Source: the human T2T-CHM13v2.0 reference genome, Homo sapiens. Taken from it: a stretch of DNA of 64,000 nt. The DNA lies in assembly GCF_009914755.1 (NCBI RefSeq), contig NC_060934.1; one strand, written 5' to 3'. Position 1 is the first letter of the stretch; every line of letters begins with the position of its first letter. A model generated the notes under the pieces. That model was given only the letters and a program-made list of their open reading frames with translations. It ran no database searches and was not told the DNA's origin. Below are positions 33,021 through 47,610 of the stretch, piece by piece. The position numbers and the translations under genes were made by a program.

Positions 33021-33467
<447 letters not shown>

Positions 33468-34295
33468 TTACTCTGCGAAGGCTGAGCTTGGCTGCCCCCT
33501 CACCCCCAGGGGCAGTTCCAGTCTCAGCTCCAGCCCCAGGCCCCCAGACCCCGAGAGCTCTCCTGCTGCCCTGTGTGTCCTGGAAGCCTCATGAGCTGCA
33601 CCTGGCCTGGGCACCCCGTTCCTGTCCCAGACTGTCCCAAGGGCCTGGGAGTTCTGAGCAGGGCCCCCACTCATCCTGACAGGGGGCTAGAACCGCGGCC
33701 ACAGGGAGGGTGGCCCTGAGCAAGCCAGCATTGTCGAGTGCTCTAGGATGGCCCTGCTGTGCGCACGTGTGTGTGTGTGCATGTATGTGTGTGTGTGTGT
33801 GTGGAGTGGCCACCCTAGCTGGGCTCTGCCGGCCTCTGCTCTTCACGGCAGGACTGCCGAGCCACCCCATGGGACTCTCCGTGCGCACCTGCGCTCCCCA
33901 CAGAGTTTCTGCCCCGGGTCACCCTGGGCTGATGCCCAGGCACTGGCAGTGTTTAAGCCCTGGATGATGCCAGTGGGGCCGCCATTGTCTGCCCAGGTCC
34001 CCACTTGCCAGCAAACACCCACTTTCCTGCACTGCTGTGAGCAGGGGCTGGGTGGCCAAGGGCCTGCTGAGGAGCAGTAGCTGGAGAATGGAGCCCCCAC
34101 CTCGAGTCAGAAGCAACTTTGGGGATGGCTGAGGTGCCCACAGGGTCTGAGGTGCTCAGGACCCCCGCTCCCCCGGCCTCCTGAGGAAGGCTGCCTCTGG
34201 GCCGGCCCAGCTGTGTGCCCGAGAACATGCCTTCCGCCTGACCTGGATGGAACCTTTCTGTGAAGGTCATCTGGTGGCAGTCAGGCTGAGTCCCT

Positions 34296-34729
<434 letters not shown>

Positions 34730-35261
34730 TCAGGATGGCCCTGAAGGCGTTCCTGACGCAGTGGAATACTTTTATTGCTCATTTTCTACAAGAAAAGCTT
34801 CATTCTTACCCCCACAGTGATCATTTGCAGGCCGCCTCTAATGAGACCAAGTTGCCATTTAGGCTCATTGGGACATTTCAGGTGCAGTTGTTTCTTTTCA
34901 CAAGCAGAGGTGGGAAGGCTGCAGCTTGGCGAATTCCTTCCCCGTCTCCTCACCCTTTGCAGATGCCACCCTCCTGGGGACTCCCGGGTCCCCAGACATT
35001 CCCTGCACCGCAAGAGGACACAGGACAGGGGTCCTGCTGTCGCTCTGTCTGCAGGTGGCCCTCTCTGGGTGGCTCTGTGGGCAGCCCCATGTCCCTGCTG
35101 GAAAGGAGGCCTCTGCAGGGTAGGAAAGGTGTTTGCCCTGTCCTGCGTCCAGATGCAGAGCCCAGTCCAAGGCCTGGCCTGTGCAAACTTGGCCATCATC
35201 GCTACAGAATTGTATGAGGCTGCCCTAACCTGACCCTTGCAGAGCAGAGCCTCAGCCCTGA

Positions 35262-35371
35262 GAGCCAGGGTTAGCCTGCACCGCACCCTCCGCAGCCCTG
35301 CGAGCCGGGGTTAGCCTGCACCGCACCCTCCGCAGCCCTGCGAGCCGGGGTTAGCCTGCACCACACCCTCC
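35262..35371. repeat. 40-bp tandem repeat, ~2.7 copies
   Basis: gagccggggttagcctgcaccgcaccctccgcagccctgc. Confidence 0.9.
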
Positions 35372-35604
35372 CCTCCACAGGTGCTGCTGGGGCCACGGCC
35401 ACACTCTTCTCCAGCAGGGTGGACCTCGCACTGGCACCACACCACGTGCCATGCACAGATGTCGCCGCCACTTCATTTCTGCTGTCAAATATCTGTGGCT
35501 CTCTGAGCGCTGGCCCATGCCACTTATTCAGCCCACGAATCTGCTGGGGGTTCCCTCTGTGCTCGGCACTCACACTGCATCAGCTGTCACAAGCAGGTCC
35601 CCAT

Positions 35605-36030
35605 GGGGTGTGAGTGGTGCATGTGGGATGTGGGGTGTGTGTGGTCTGTGTGGGATGTGGGGTATGTGTGGTGTGTGTGGGATGTAAGGGGTGTGTGGTG
35701 TGTGTGGGATGTGGGGGGTGTGTGGTGCGTGTGGGATGTGGGGTGTGAGTGGTGCGTGTGGGATGTGGGGTGTGTGTGGTCTGTATGGGATGTGGGGTGT
35801 GAGTGGTGTGTGTGGGATGTGGGGTGTGAGTGGTGTGTGTGGGATGTGGGGTGTGAGTGGGATGTGGGGTATGAGTGGTGTGTGTGGGATGTGGGGTGTG
35901 AGTGGGATGTGGAGTGTGTGAGTTGTGTGTGGGGGTATTGGGTGTGAATGGTGTGTATGAGATGTGGGTTACAGGTGTGAAGGTGTGGCCTGTGGGGTGT
36001 AGTATAGGCTGTGTGGGGGTGGGATACGTG
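35605..36030. repeat. TG/G-rich low-complexity minisatellite
   Basis: gtgtgtgggatgtggggtgtgagtg reiterated. Confidence 0.9.
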
Positions 36031-36659
36031 GGGTGTGTCTTGGTCACAGCTGTGGGCTGTTAAGTTGGGTGTGTCCATGGGTCTAGGTGCAAGGTGTGGG
36101 TTTGTTGTGGATGTCGGGTGTAAGTCCAGCCACCGGAGGATGGAGCTGCAACATCTCGAGGGGGAAGGCAAGAAGAAGGATGGTGGGAAAAGCAAGCGTT
36201 TGGTTTTGGGTAAGATGCTGGCCCCAGGGCGGGGCCAGGCAGGCAGCAGGATTCACAGGTCTAGCGGGTGGGGGGTCTGGGCTAGAGAATTGCTTGTGGG
36301 TAAAATGGGCGGCAGCGGTGCTTAGCTCAGGACGTGCAGTGAGATCAGATGGCCAAGGTCCTGCCCTTAGCCCGGGGCCTCCTCTGTCATGAAGAGGTGG
36401 GAAGGGGAGGAGGACGAGGAACCAGTGAGGTGGTGGGGCTTGGGAGCCACGTGAAGGATGCCCATGGATGGGGAAGGAGGGGAGCAGCTGTGGAGGCCGA
36501 TGGTGGCTCCCACAAAAGCTGTGTACGCGGGGGAGGGCCTTGGCCCTGATGGGAGGTTCAAGGGAGAGCAGGTCATCTTCTCAACAGAAGTGCGGGGCCA
36601 GCTGGCATCCACAGGCTGAGGAGTGCCGGGGACCCTGCCTCACACTGTATAACTCATTA

Positions 36660-37680
36660 ACATAACAGCTACAACCATAAAACTCAGAAGAAAACAGGGG
36701 AACCAACCTTCAAGACCTTGGGTTATGCAACAGTTTCGCAGATATAATGCCAGAAACACAAGCAACAAAACAAGACACAGACAACTAGAATTTCATCACA
36801 ATTTAAAACGTGTTTGTGCCACAAATCATGCCATCCAGAAAGTGGAGACGTGGCTGAAAAAGCAGCTCACAGAACGAGAAAGGGTTTGTAGATGAGGCTC
36901 CTGCTAAAGAACCTGCATCCACGATACACCATGAGCTCCTCTAAAGCAACGAAAACCAACCAACCAGATTAAAAATGGGCAAAGGACTGCAATGAACACT
37001 TCTCCAACAACCTACAAATGGCCCATAAGCACATGGGAATATGCACCCCATCATCAGTGGCTGGGAAAATACAGGCAAACACGAGGAGACACCCCTTTCA
37101 CCCCTGCCGGCACAGCTAGAATAGTCAGACGACATCAAGAGCTGGTGAGCGTGTGGAGAAACCGCAGCCCACGCCCTGCAGGCGGGAAGGCAACCCTGTG
37201 AGGCCGCTGTGGGAGACAATCTGGCACTTCATCTGATGGCCCCACACAGGGCGACCGTGTGCCCAGCAACTCCACTGCTGGGCTGTGCCCCCGGGGGACG
37301 AGGACCGGGCCACGCCAGAACTCGGGAGCAAATGCTGACCACAGCATTCCTCACAGCAGGCAGACAATGGGAAGCAACACAAATAGCCATCTGTGGACTG
37401 TAAGACACATAACGGAATACGACTCAGTCCTAAACGGGAATGATGGGGATGGCCCTGGGCGATGTCATGCTGCATGAAGGACCACGTAATGCTTGGCTCT
37501 GTTTACAGAAAATGTCCAGATCTGTGGCTTGCTGGGGCCAATGGAGGGAGAGAAGGATGGGGAGTGAGTGCTGATGGATGCAGGATTGCTGGGGGGTGAT
37601 GAAACCTTCTAAAATTGTGTGTGGGTGATTATATAACCCTGAGAATTTACTAAAAACATGTTGTACCTCTAACAAAGACA
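36660..37680 (+). mobile_element. Old L1 3' region (ORF2 C-terminus plus 3' UTR), GC-shifted
   Basis: attaaaaatgggcaaaggact...acacttctcc, cccagcaactccactgctggg and gtgatgaaaccttctaaaatt motifs of L1M 3' ends. Confidence 0.8.
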
Positions 37681-38766
37681 ACTGAAGGAAGGACTCGGGT
37701 AAGTGAAGACAGAAAACACTTTCAAGGGTTTCTGCCCCGAGGCCCAGTGCAGCTCAGCTGGGTCCTGCCTTCCCCAGCCGCCCGCAGCCTCCCCTCCTCA
37801 GGCCCTTCCTGCTTTCCCTGGAGGCAGCCAGGTCCCTGCCTGATACCCGCGAACCCTAGCAGGGCAACTGCCGAGGAACGACGTGGCCTCTGGTTCCCCG
37901 GAGCGAGGAGCAGTGGCTCCCTGTGGCTCCCCACGGTGGTACCCAGGCGTCTGCCTTGATCACCCAGTGCCCTGAGCCGGCACTCACACAGCACCGTCAG
38001 AGACCCCCAACCATCCTCAGTTCCCGATGCCAAGGGCCCCCTGGACCCCAGAACAATCCAAAGGCCTCGGGGCAGGATTGCTCTGAGCCGGAGAAACAGC
38101 TCGTGTAACAGAAAAGCCTTTTAAGATCTTCACTAATGTTGAAAGGTTCATGCCTTTCACACCAGGGGCCTGGGATGCCTTTTCGTCCCCAAGATGAAGT
38201 TCTCAGGTGCATACCACATGGCCCTTGCCCCTGACAAGCAGAGGCATCAAATCAACGCCAAAGCACCCACCTCCTCCTGAGCCCACCCCAAGGGGAACGT
38301 CCATCTCGCCTTCCTGGGGGTGGGGAAGAGACGCCAACATCCCCAGAACGCCCACATCCCAGGGCCCTGCAGAGCCCTGCTCTCCTGTGCAGCCACCCGC
38401 CCATCGGGGCCCCTGCCTGCTCTCCTCTGCAGCCACCCGCCCATCGGGGCCCTGGTGCCACCAGGGGAGCCTGGGCGCTTCCACTTGGGGCATCACCCTC
38501 TGGGCCCCCCTCACCCTGCTCAGGGACGAGGACCTGACCACGACCCCTCCATGCTGGAAAGGGACCACTGAAACCAGCTCCATCCCTCGTCCCTGACTGG
38601 TCAGCAAGAGGAGTGCCCGGGGCCACGCGGTGCATTCTCTGTGCCCGTCAGCTGTGGCTGCTCTGCGTGCTGCCCCACACCAGGTCCCTGCTGAGCTTCT
38701 GTCCACACGGTTCTCCCTTTCACTAAAGGACAAATTTTACCACGTGCACCCACGCTTACGGCTTCA

Positions 38767-38982
<216 letters not shown>

Positions 38983-39249
38983 TCAGGATCGGGTGGCAGA
39001 ATTTTAAACGTGGGTGATGCAGCCCGGACTTATTCCTCCACCTCCAGCTTAAAAAGACGAAGCAAAGCAGAGCCCAGGTGAGCGGGGGTCTCGGGGCTAC
39101 GCGGGGGTCTCGGGGGTGAGCGGGGGCCTCGGGGCTATGCAGGGTTTTCAGTCCCCGCTCTCCCTGTGTTGAATTCTCCTGGGGAAGTCAAGTCTTCCAG
39201 TGCAAGTGGGAACCTGGGGAGGCCCAGGCAGAGGGGGACAGCGTGGAGC

Positions 39250-39669
<420 letters not shown>

Positions 39670-40644
39670 TCATCAAAGGCGCCCTCGGACCTCCCAGACT
39701 AAGCTGCCCATCACAGTGCCCCTGAGGTGGAACCGCGGCTACAGAGGTGCCCAGGCCAGCGCATGCCCCGCAGGGCTGAAGTGAGCTGTGGACCTGCATG
39801 GCCCCTCCAGCCCCACAGTGGCCACCCGGGATGCCCTTTCCGTTGCAGGAAGCAGCTGTCTTGTCTCCTTGCTGCCTGTCACTCTCCATCTCCTTGGAGA
39901 ATTCTGCGTTCACAAACACAGACCTGTGTTTCCACGTATTAAAGATTGGCGAGCAGGACTTGGGGTCCTTTCAGGAGTTGCATGGAAAGCTCCCCCGCGG
40001 CCGAGGACACAGCGCCACGTGCACGCTCGGGAGTCCTCATGCTTGGTGCCCGCAGCACGGGAACAATCCCCGAGTCTCCACGCAGGCAGCGGAGCCATGT
40101 GACACGCAGAGGCAAAGGTGCCTGCCTTCAGGGCACACACAAAAATCGCCTGCCTGCCGGGAGGTGAGCCCCACCCAGCCTCCATAGGGCGCCCTGTGGG
40201 CCATCAGTGCCCCCAAATGCACGAAGCCAGCAGGGTGGATCCTGGTGGGATGGAACCCTCAGTGTCTGGGCGAGCTGCAGATGAACTTGAAGGGCCCTGA
40301 AGAGACGGGGTGAACACAGGGCCGCATCCCTCACACATCCCCAGTGAGCACAGAACCCAGCCCACTCTGCCACCTTCCGGCCAAGAGTCCTTTTACCTCA
40401 AGGATTCCAAGAGCCCCGGGAGATCCAAAACATCAAACCAAGGCCATGGAGGCCCCACCTCGGGAAGGGGTGCTGAGTGGCGGGTCTGTGCCTTGTTGCT
40501 GCCCCCGACCCAACACAGCCATGGCGACTAGAATGCTGACGCGTCCCCTCCCCGTCATGGGCGCTGCCCAGCCCAGCCTGCACACCCTTCCCCTGACGGT
40601 AATTCCCACACCCTCCCAGCTCTTTCAGAGGTCAGTGAAGGATC

Positions 40645-41767
40645 TGTCTTCTCTCTTTTCTCTTCTCTCTCTCTCGCCTCTCTCTCTGCTCTCTTCTCTC
40701 TTCTTTCTCCTCTCATCTTCTCTCTGGCCTCTCTCCTCTCCTCTCTCACTTCTCTCTCTCCTCTCCTCTCTCCTCTTTCACCTCTCTCTCTCCTCTCCTC
40801 TGTCCTCTCTCACTTCTCTCTCTCCTCTCTCTTCTTTCCTCTCCCCTCTTCTCTCTCTCCTCTCTCCTCTTCTTTCCTCTCCCCTCTTCTCTCTCTCCTC
40901 TCCCCTCTTCTCTCTCCTCTCTCGCTTCTCTCTCTCCTCTCCTCTCTCCTCCCCTCTTCTTTCCTCTCCCCTCTTCTCTCCCCTCTCTCCTCTCTCGCTT
41001 CTCTCTCTCCTCTCCTCTCCTCCCCTCTTCTTTCCTCTCCCCTCTTCTCTCTCTCCTCTCTCGCTTCTCTCTCTCCTCTCCTCTCTCCTCCCCTCTTCTT
41101 TCCTCTCCCCTCTTCTCTCTCCTCTCCCCTCTTCTCTCTCTCCTCTCCTCTCTCCCCTCTCGCCTATTTCCTCTCCTCTCTCTCTCCTCTCCTCTCTCCT
41201 CTCCCCTCTTCTCTCCTCTCCCTTCTTCTCTCTCCTCTCCTCTCCCCTCTTCTCTCCTCTCCCTTCTTCTCTCTCCTCTCCTCTCTCCTCTTCTCTCCTC
41301 TCCCTTCTTCTCTCTCCTCTCCTCTCTCCTCTTTCACCTCTCTCTCTCCTCTCCTCTCTCTCTCCTCTCCTCTCTCTCTCCGCTCCTCTCTCTCTCCTCT
41401 CCCCTCTTCTCTCTCTCCTCTCCCCTCTTCTCTCCTCTCCCTTCTTCTCTCTCCTCTCCTCTCCCCTCTTCTCTCCTCTCCCCTCTTCTCTCCTCTCCCT
41501 TCTTCTCTCTCCTCTCCTCTCCCCTTCTCTCCTCTCCCTTCTTCTCTCTCCTCTCCTCTCTCCTCTTCTCTCCTCTCCCTTCTTCTCTCTCCTCTCCTCT
41601 CTCCTCTTTCACCTCTCTCTCTCCGCTCCTCTCTCTCTCCGCTCCTCTCTCTCTCCTCTCCCCTCTTCTCTCTCTCCTCTCCCCTCTTCTCTCCTCTCCC
41701 CTCTTCTCTCTCTCCTCTCCCCTCCTCTCTCTCTCCTCTTCTCTCCCTCTCCCCTCTCCCTCTCTCA
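40645..41767. repeat. ~1.1 kb polypyrimidine (C/T) tract
   Basis: Almost exclusively ctctc/ctcct/cttct. Confidence 0.97.
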
Positions 41768-41971
41768 TCCCAGGAATAAGCTTCAGTGAAGCCTCGTCTG
41801 GAAAACTCTTTGGATCTCAAGTCAATTTCTGCTGCATCGAGCGCCCGAGAACCATAGTGGGCACCAATGCGGGCTCCACCCCGTCTAATGGTAGCGGGTC
41901 TTGGGTTTTCCTGGCTGTCTCCACACCCTGCCACCCCTCACCTGGCTCCCATCCTGGGTGCTTCCATAGCC

Positions 41972-42635
41972 TGTACCCCTGCCACCTTCACCCCTGCCGC
42001 CTGCACCTGCCACCTTCACCCCTGCCGCCTGCACCTGCCACCTTCACCCCTGCCGCCTGCACCCCTGCCGCCTGCACCCCTGCCGCCTTCACCCCTGCCG
42101 CCTGTACCCCTGCCACCTTCACCCCTGCCGCCTGCACCTGCCACCTTCACCCCTGCCGCCTGTACCCCTGCCGCCTGCACCTGCCACCTTCACCCCTGCC
42201 GCCTGCACCTGCCACCTTCACCCCTGCCGCCTGCACCCCTGCCGCCTGCACCCCTGCCGCCTGCACCCCTGCCGCCTTCACCCCTGCCGCCTGCACCCCT
42301 GCCGCCTGCACCCCTGCCACCTTCACCCCTGCCGCCTTCACCCCTGCCGCCTGCACCCCTGCCGCCTGCACCTGCCACCTTCACCCCTGCCGCCTGCACC
42401 TGCCACCTTCACCCCTGCCGCCTGCACCCCTGCCGCCTGCACCTGCCACCTTCACCCCTGCCACCTTCACCCCTGCCGCCTGCACCTGCCACCTTCACCC
42501 CTGCCGCCTGCACCTGCCACCTTCACCCCTGCCGCCTGCACCTGCCACCTTCACCCCTGCCGCCTGCACCTGCCACCTTCACCCCTGCCGCCTGCACCTG
42601 CCACCTTCACCCCTGCCGCCTGCACCTGCCACCCC
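41972..42635. repeat. C-rich 13/15-bp compound minisatellite
   Basis: cacccctgccgcctg / cacctgccacctt units interspersed. Confidence 0.96.
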
Positions 42636-43846
42636 CACTGGCCCTGCTGTGCTGCTTGCGGGTCTCTGGGCCAGGTCAGGAAGGCTCCCGCCTCCACCCA
42701 CCCTCTGGAGCCTTCTCAGACTACGCAGCCCCTCACGCCCTTTCTCTTTTCAGAAGTCTGGTGCTTTTCTGTAATTTTAAAGATAAACAGTATGACCCCA
42801 AGGAAAGACAAACCCCTTTCTCCCAGCGCCCTCCCCCAGCACTCTGCAGGCCACAGTGCTGAGGGCTGGAGTCCGTGTCATCCTGCACCAGCCCCGTCAT
42901 GCTATCAGCAGGACCCGCCTCTGGTGCCAGCACCTGGACCACCGAGGCTTACGTCACAGAGTGTGGAGACTTCTTTCCCTTCTCTGACTCATTTTTCATG
43001 AGACTGCATTCTCCAGAGCCGACCGGCTGGGTCTAGGGAGCAGAGGTGCCCATGGCTGGAAGGAAGGCACCCATGGCTAGGAGGGCGGCACCCCATTGGA
43101 TGCTGGGATCTGTGGGCTCACTGTGGCCTTCACACTCTGCCAGGCCCTCCTCACCCAGGCACTGGCCAGAGAAGCGGGTCTGCGTCTGAAACTTGGGAAC
43201 CCTGAGCCCTGCTTCCTCCTGCTTGAATTCATTAAACCAGGGTCCAATGAACTTGGAAACCACACATAGGGTCGCAGGGAGTCCTCTTCAATCCTGCCTA
43301 AGTGGAGGGCTCACTTTGAGGTGTGACCTCCTGATTGACCCACAGCCATGTCCTGGGACCACCCAGTACACATCCAATTCACGGGCGGAGGCACTGCAGC
43401 CGGACCCCACCCCTCATGCATTCCTGTGGACCGTCTCCTCCTCCCCGGAGGCCGTCAGCTCCATGGTGCCTCCGGGTGGGTGAGGGCCGTGGACTGTGCA
43501 TGAGGAGGAATGTGCCTGTGCTGAGCTCTGGGCCTCGTGTTTCCACAGCACAGCATGGCCGTCCCGCCTGATTAAAGTATTGATGCGGCCTGGACGCTAA
43601 GCATTTAGCTGCCAGACGTGGTGTGAGTATCTTCCCGTCTGTTCACTTCTTACTGTTCTGCACTTATCAGGATTCAGGAGCGTACATTTTCGTATCTGTG
43701 AAAAGTGCTCCTTTCCACAAAATCTCTGCTATGCTCAATTCTACTTTCTGATTTTTTTCTAGAATTTGAATTTTTAAAACGACTTATTCGACCTGTCTGA
43801 TGTTTATTTTGGTGAAAGGAGTAAAATATAGCGTGGCTTCCAGGTT

Positions 43847-43986
43847 CTGCCCAGAGGCACAAAACCCCCCTCCACAGCCTCCTCTGCCCGGGTCACATTC
43901 TGAAGGGGTCTGGGCTGCCCAGAGGCACAAAACACCCTCCACAGCCTCCTCTGCCCGAGCCACGTACTGAAGGGGTCTGGGCTGCC
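43847..43986. repeat. ~68-bp tandem duplication
   Basis: ctgcccagaggcacaaaa...ctccacagcctcctctgcccg...ctgaaggggtctgggctgcc x2. Confidence 0.85.
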
Positions 43987-44059
43987 TTCTGCCTCCCCAG
44001 TGCCCTGATCCACATCTCTGTCCTCGTGAAACACCCCACAGGGCTGACAAGAATCACAT

Positions 44060-44500
44060 GCCGGGTTGTGGACAGAAAGTAGTTATGACTGAGCAGTAAC
44101 CAGGCTGCACCCTGGACACATCCTTGCTGCTAAAAGTCACTTGGACCCCCGTCACTCCTATGATGGGCCTCTGACGTCAGAACCCTAAGGCTTTGGTTGA
44201 AGGATCACTTAGGATATTTTTCAGACCCTGAATGCCAGCAACCAGTGCGGAGTCCCCCCCAGAGGAGCGGGTAGGGATTGGCCCAGGAATGCCTTCCCAA
44301 GACCCTGCGCTCTTCCACACTTCCGTCCTCTCCAAAACCCTCGAGACCCCTATCCCCAAACTCCTCAGGGAGGTGGGTCTGAGGCTGTATCCCCATCTCC
44401 TGCTCAGCAACCCTAGGATTAACCCTTCCTCTGCTGCAGCCTAGCCTCTCAGTGGACGGACTTGCCGTGTGCGTCGGGCTCATGCCTGCAGGACCAGCAA
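44060..44500 (+). mobile_element. ERV1-class LTR remnant (approximate)
   Basis: ccagcaaccag, cccctatccccaaactcctcagggag and attaacccttcctctgctgca...ctcagtg motifs resemble ERV1 LTRs. Confidence 0.55.
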
Positions 44501-44931
44501 ACCACACACACTGCTGGGGTTAGTACTCACCTTAGTAATTACACATGGCCACACTTTTGTTTATTATTTTAAATCAACTTTGCTTCTCTAAATAGACTCT
44601 AATGCTCAAGGTAGGTTCCACTTTTCTATTCCACAGCATTTAAAGATTTCCCAAATACACCTTAGGACTCTTAACAGGGATAATTTTTTTTAGCAGACAA
44701 TTTTTTTTCTATAAACATGAATTGGTATTCTAATATGGTTCTATTGTTCTGAAGTCAGTATGCGTTTTTGTGTGTTTGTTTTTGCAGGAGTGTGTGTCCA
44801 CGTTTTTTGTGGAAGTAGAAAAATGCGATTTATCTGTGAGCACAGCCTAGAGGCCAGACTTCGCGGCAGCCACGACCAGGGGGACAGTGCCCACTCTGCA
44901 CTCAGGGGTGTGTGGCCCTGGACAAGGTTCA

Positions 44932-45808
44932 TGTAAACCAAAAATAACATTCTAAGCCCCCCAACCGACTGAATGGGCCCTCCTCTCGGCCAAGGGCCTT
45001 CTGAAGTATGCCTGAAAAACGAGTTTGGTGGGGTCGGGGGTGGTAGGGGGCAAGGGTGGACAGGCCTCATCATCCCCTCTCCCTTTGGAGCTCAGGCACA
45101 ATGGACCAGCATCCACATGAAAACAGAGCTCTTAAGGCTGACAGAGTGGACGCTTTGTAGCCGTAAGACACCAAGTTCCAGCCTGACTCTAGCATAGCAT
45201 CGCATGACAGATAGCAGGCCTGAAAGAGATCCAAGTATTTCATACCCAAGTATCTTTCTCTGACATATTTTGAAGGGGCCCGCACAGCTGTCTCTTGTGG
45301 GGAAAATCCACATGCTGTGGAGAATGCCCTTTTCCCTCTCCAGGGCTTTTCCCTGAGCCAGGGGAGAATTAACCAAGAGTCTGGTGCCTTTTTGTCTGAG
45401 AAGAGCTCGGAAGCCGGCTACCTGGAGGCTTCATCTGCAAGATAAAAACCTTGGTCTCCACAACTCCTCATCTAAACCCAGACATTCCTTTCTATTGATT
45501 CCAGGTCTTTAGATAATAACTCTTTCAACAAATTGTCAATCAGAAAATCTTGAATCTACCAGTGACCTGGAAGCCTCCCCTCTGAGTTGTCCCACCTTCT
45601 GGACCAAACCAATGTGCACCAGACATGCATTGATGTCTCTGCCTGTAACTCCTGTTCCCCTAAAATGTACAAAATCAAGCTATAAACCAACGACCTTGGG
45701 CCCAAGTTCTCAGGACCTCCAGGGGCTGTGTCACGGGTCATGCTCCTCACACGTGGCTCAGCATCAATCTCTTCCAATAGTTACAGAGTTTGACTGTTTT
45801 CATGGACA
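44932..45808 (+). mobile_element. MER4-family ERV1 solo LTR
   Basis: Begins TGTAAACCAAAAATAAcATTCTAAGCCCCCCAACCGACTGAATGG and ends ...ttacagagtttgactgttttcatggaCA. Confidence 0.85.
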
Positions 45809-46041
45809 GTCAGAAGGTCCCGGCTCTGGCTTCATTGCACGTTGAAAGGGAATTTCATGGGCTCATTCCTGAAGAGCACTCAGGCGCCTGGCATGCATCA
45901 GATGCTGAACAGACATTATCTGGAGTTACTGCCAAGTGGCTTCACGTCAGGGCATGGGAATTTAAAAGCACCACGTTTAAAATTGGCTCAAGTCCTTCCC
46001 TTTCCTTGTACCTGGAGCCTGTGGGTCTGTCTGTCCTGCTA

Positions 46042-46131
<90 letters not shown>

Positions 46132-46179
46132 CTAAAGTAACGCAAGTAAACGACACGTATATTTGAAAGTTGCAAGACA

Positions 46180-46545
46180 GTCTTTCACCATGAGATAAGA
46201 AACTCCCCCTCTGAGCTCTGTGTTCCTCTCCTTAAACTGCTTGCTATTGCCATAAGCAGCTGTAAATTAACCTGACAATGTTGTACCGGCCACTATTGCC
46301 AAATTCTAAAGCTTAACAATCTACAGCCAATTAATAACTTAAGTTATTTTAATGTAAATTTTTGGCAAACAACTCAGGAACTGCCTCTTAATTCCCTTTA
46401 AAAACCCACTTGGAACTGCCTCTGATTGGAGTGCACGTTCAGCGCCGCTTGAATCGATGCTTCCGGATTACAACCGTCAAACTTGGCCCAGGTAAACTCT
46501 CTATTTACACCAGTTTTGCCTCAGCTTCTTCCTTTTAGGTTGACA
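46180..46545 (+). mobile_element. ERV1 LTR remnant
   Basis: ccctttaaaaacccact TATA-like region and 3' end aaactctcta...ttttgcctcagcttcttccttttaggttgaCA. Confidence 0.65.
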
Positions 46546-46563
46546 CCATTTTGCTTTTCATTT

Positions 46564-47610
46564 TGTTATAGTAGGTAGCTAGTCAAACATGAGTGGGGCA
46601 GGAGAGGCCCCCCGCCCCACACCAGGAACTTCAGGCAACCATCAGGTGATGGTCAGGCAGCTGTTAACTGTCTCTCTAAAATAATAACTGGTCTCAGCCA
46701 GCACCAGGGAAAGGCCATCTCCCAAGAGACATAAAAAACCTAAAACTGGTAATGAGTAGCTTCCCGATAAGATCTCAGGAGTTGGGTGAGCGGGCTCAAG
46801 CACGCACACTGAGAGGCAAAATGGCGGAGTTTCACTGGTCTATGACCTTCCTCTAGGAACACCGTGACTGGTAAGGGACCACCTCAACTGAGCACGTGCA
46901 AAACTCCAGTAAACACACTGGGCATGCGGCCCCTCCCAAGTGCAGGCAGCCACCGTACACGTGGACAGTCCACTGCAAGGGAAGCATCTGGGGAGAAATC
47001 ATGCAATACGCTGGAAGTCAGCCAATGTATTGAGACAGCCAGGTGGGAAGGGGTCCCCAGAGAATCTCTGATCAGCTGCTCACTGGGAGGAATGTGCACT
47101 GGGGTGGAGCCACAGAGGCTCACGCCACTTGCAGCGGGGAGGAGCCTGGCCCCTCCTCCTCCTGGGTGAACCTGGGATTCATTTGGTGAGGTGGGAAGTG
47201 CACTGGCAGGAAACACTCTCTCGCTTCACTAAGAGTCTCTGTTTCCCTTTTTTCTTCCTTTCTACCCAATAAAATCCTGCCTTTCTCACCCTTCAAATTG
47301 TCTATGAGCCTCATCTTTTGTGGCAATGTGACAAGGACCCCGTCTTTAGCTGAACTGAGCAAAAGTCCCGCAACAGTGTGAGACCCCCAAGTCAAAGGTG
47401 AGCCATGCACGTGATCTCTCAGGTCTCCCGCTCGGCCTCTTCCCAGTGTACTTTCTTTCCTGTTCTAAAGCTCTTTGATAAACTCTCACTCCTGCTCTAA
47501 GACTTGCCTCTGTCTCTCCTTCTGCTTTATGCTCCTCAGTTGAAGTCTTTCTTCTGAGGAGGCAAGAACTGAGGTTGCTGCAGCCCCCTGTGGGTTTGCC
47601 GCAGGTAACA
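46564..47610 (+). mobile_element. MER50-like ERV1 LTR, split by a nested LTR
   Basis: Begins TGTTATAGTAGGTAGCTAGTCAAACATGAG and ends ...ctgaggaggcaagaactgaggttgctgcag...ggtaaCA. Confidence 0.75.
47031..47375 (+). mobile_element. Nested ERV1 LTR (MER61-like)
   Basis: TGAGACAGCCAGGTGGGAAGGGGTCCCC...AATAAA...ttagctgaactgagcaaaagtcccgcaaCA; flanks gtat/gtgt look like a degenerate 4-bp TSD. Confidence 0.7.

Noticed and set aside
40344-41789. 481-aa Leu/Ser/Pro ORF and opposite-strand Glu/Arg ORFs
   Set aside because: A C/T-only tract cannot contain stop codons, so these are compositional artefacts
41857-42862. Pro-rich 305/331-aa ORFs
   Set aside because: Translation of a C-rich minisatellite
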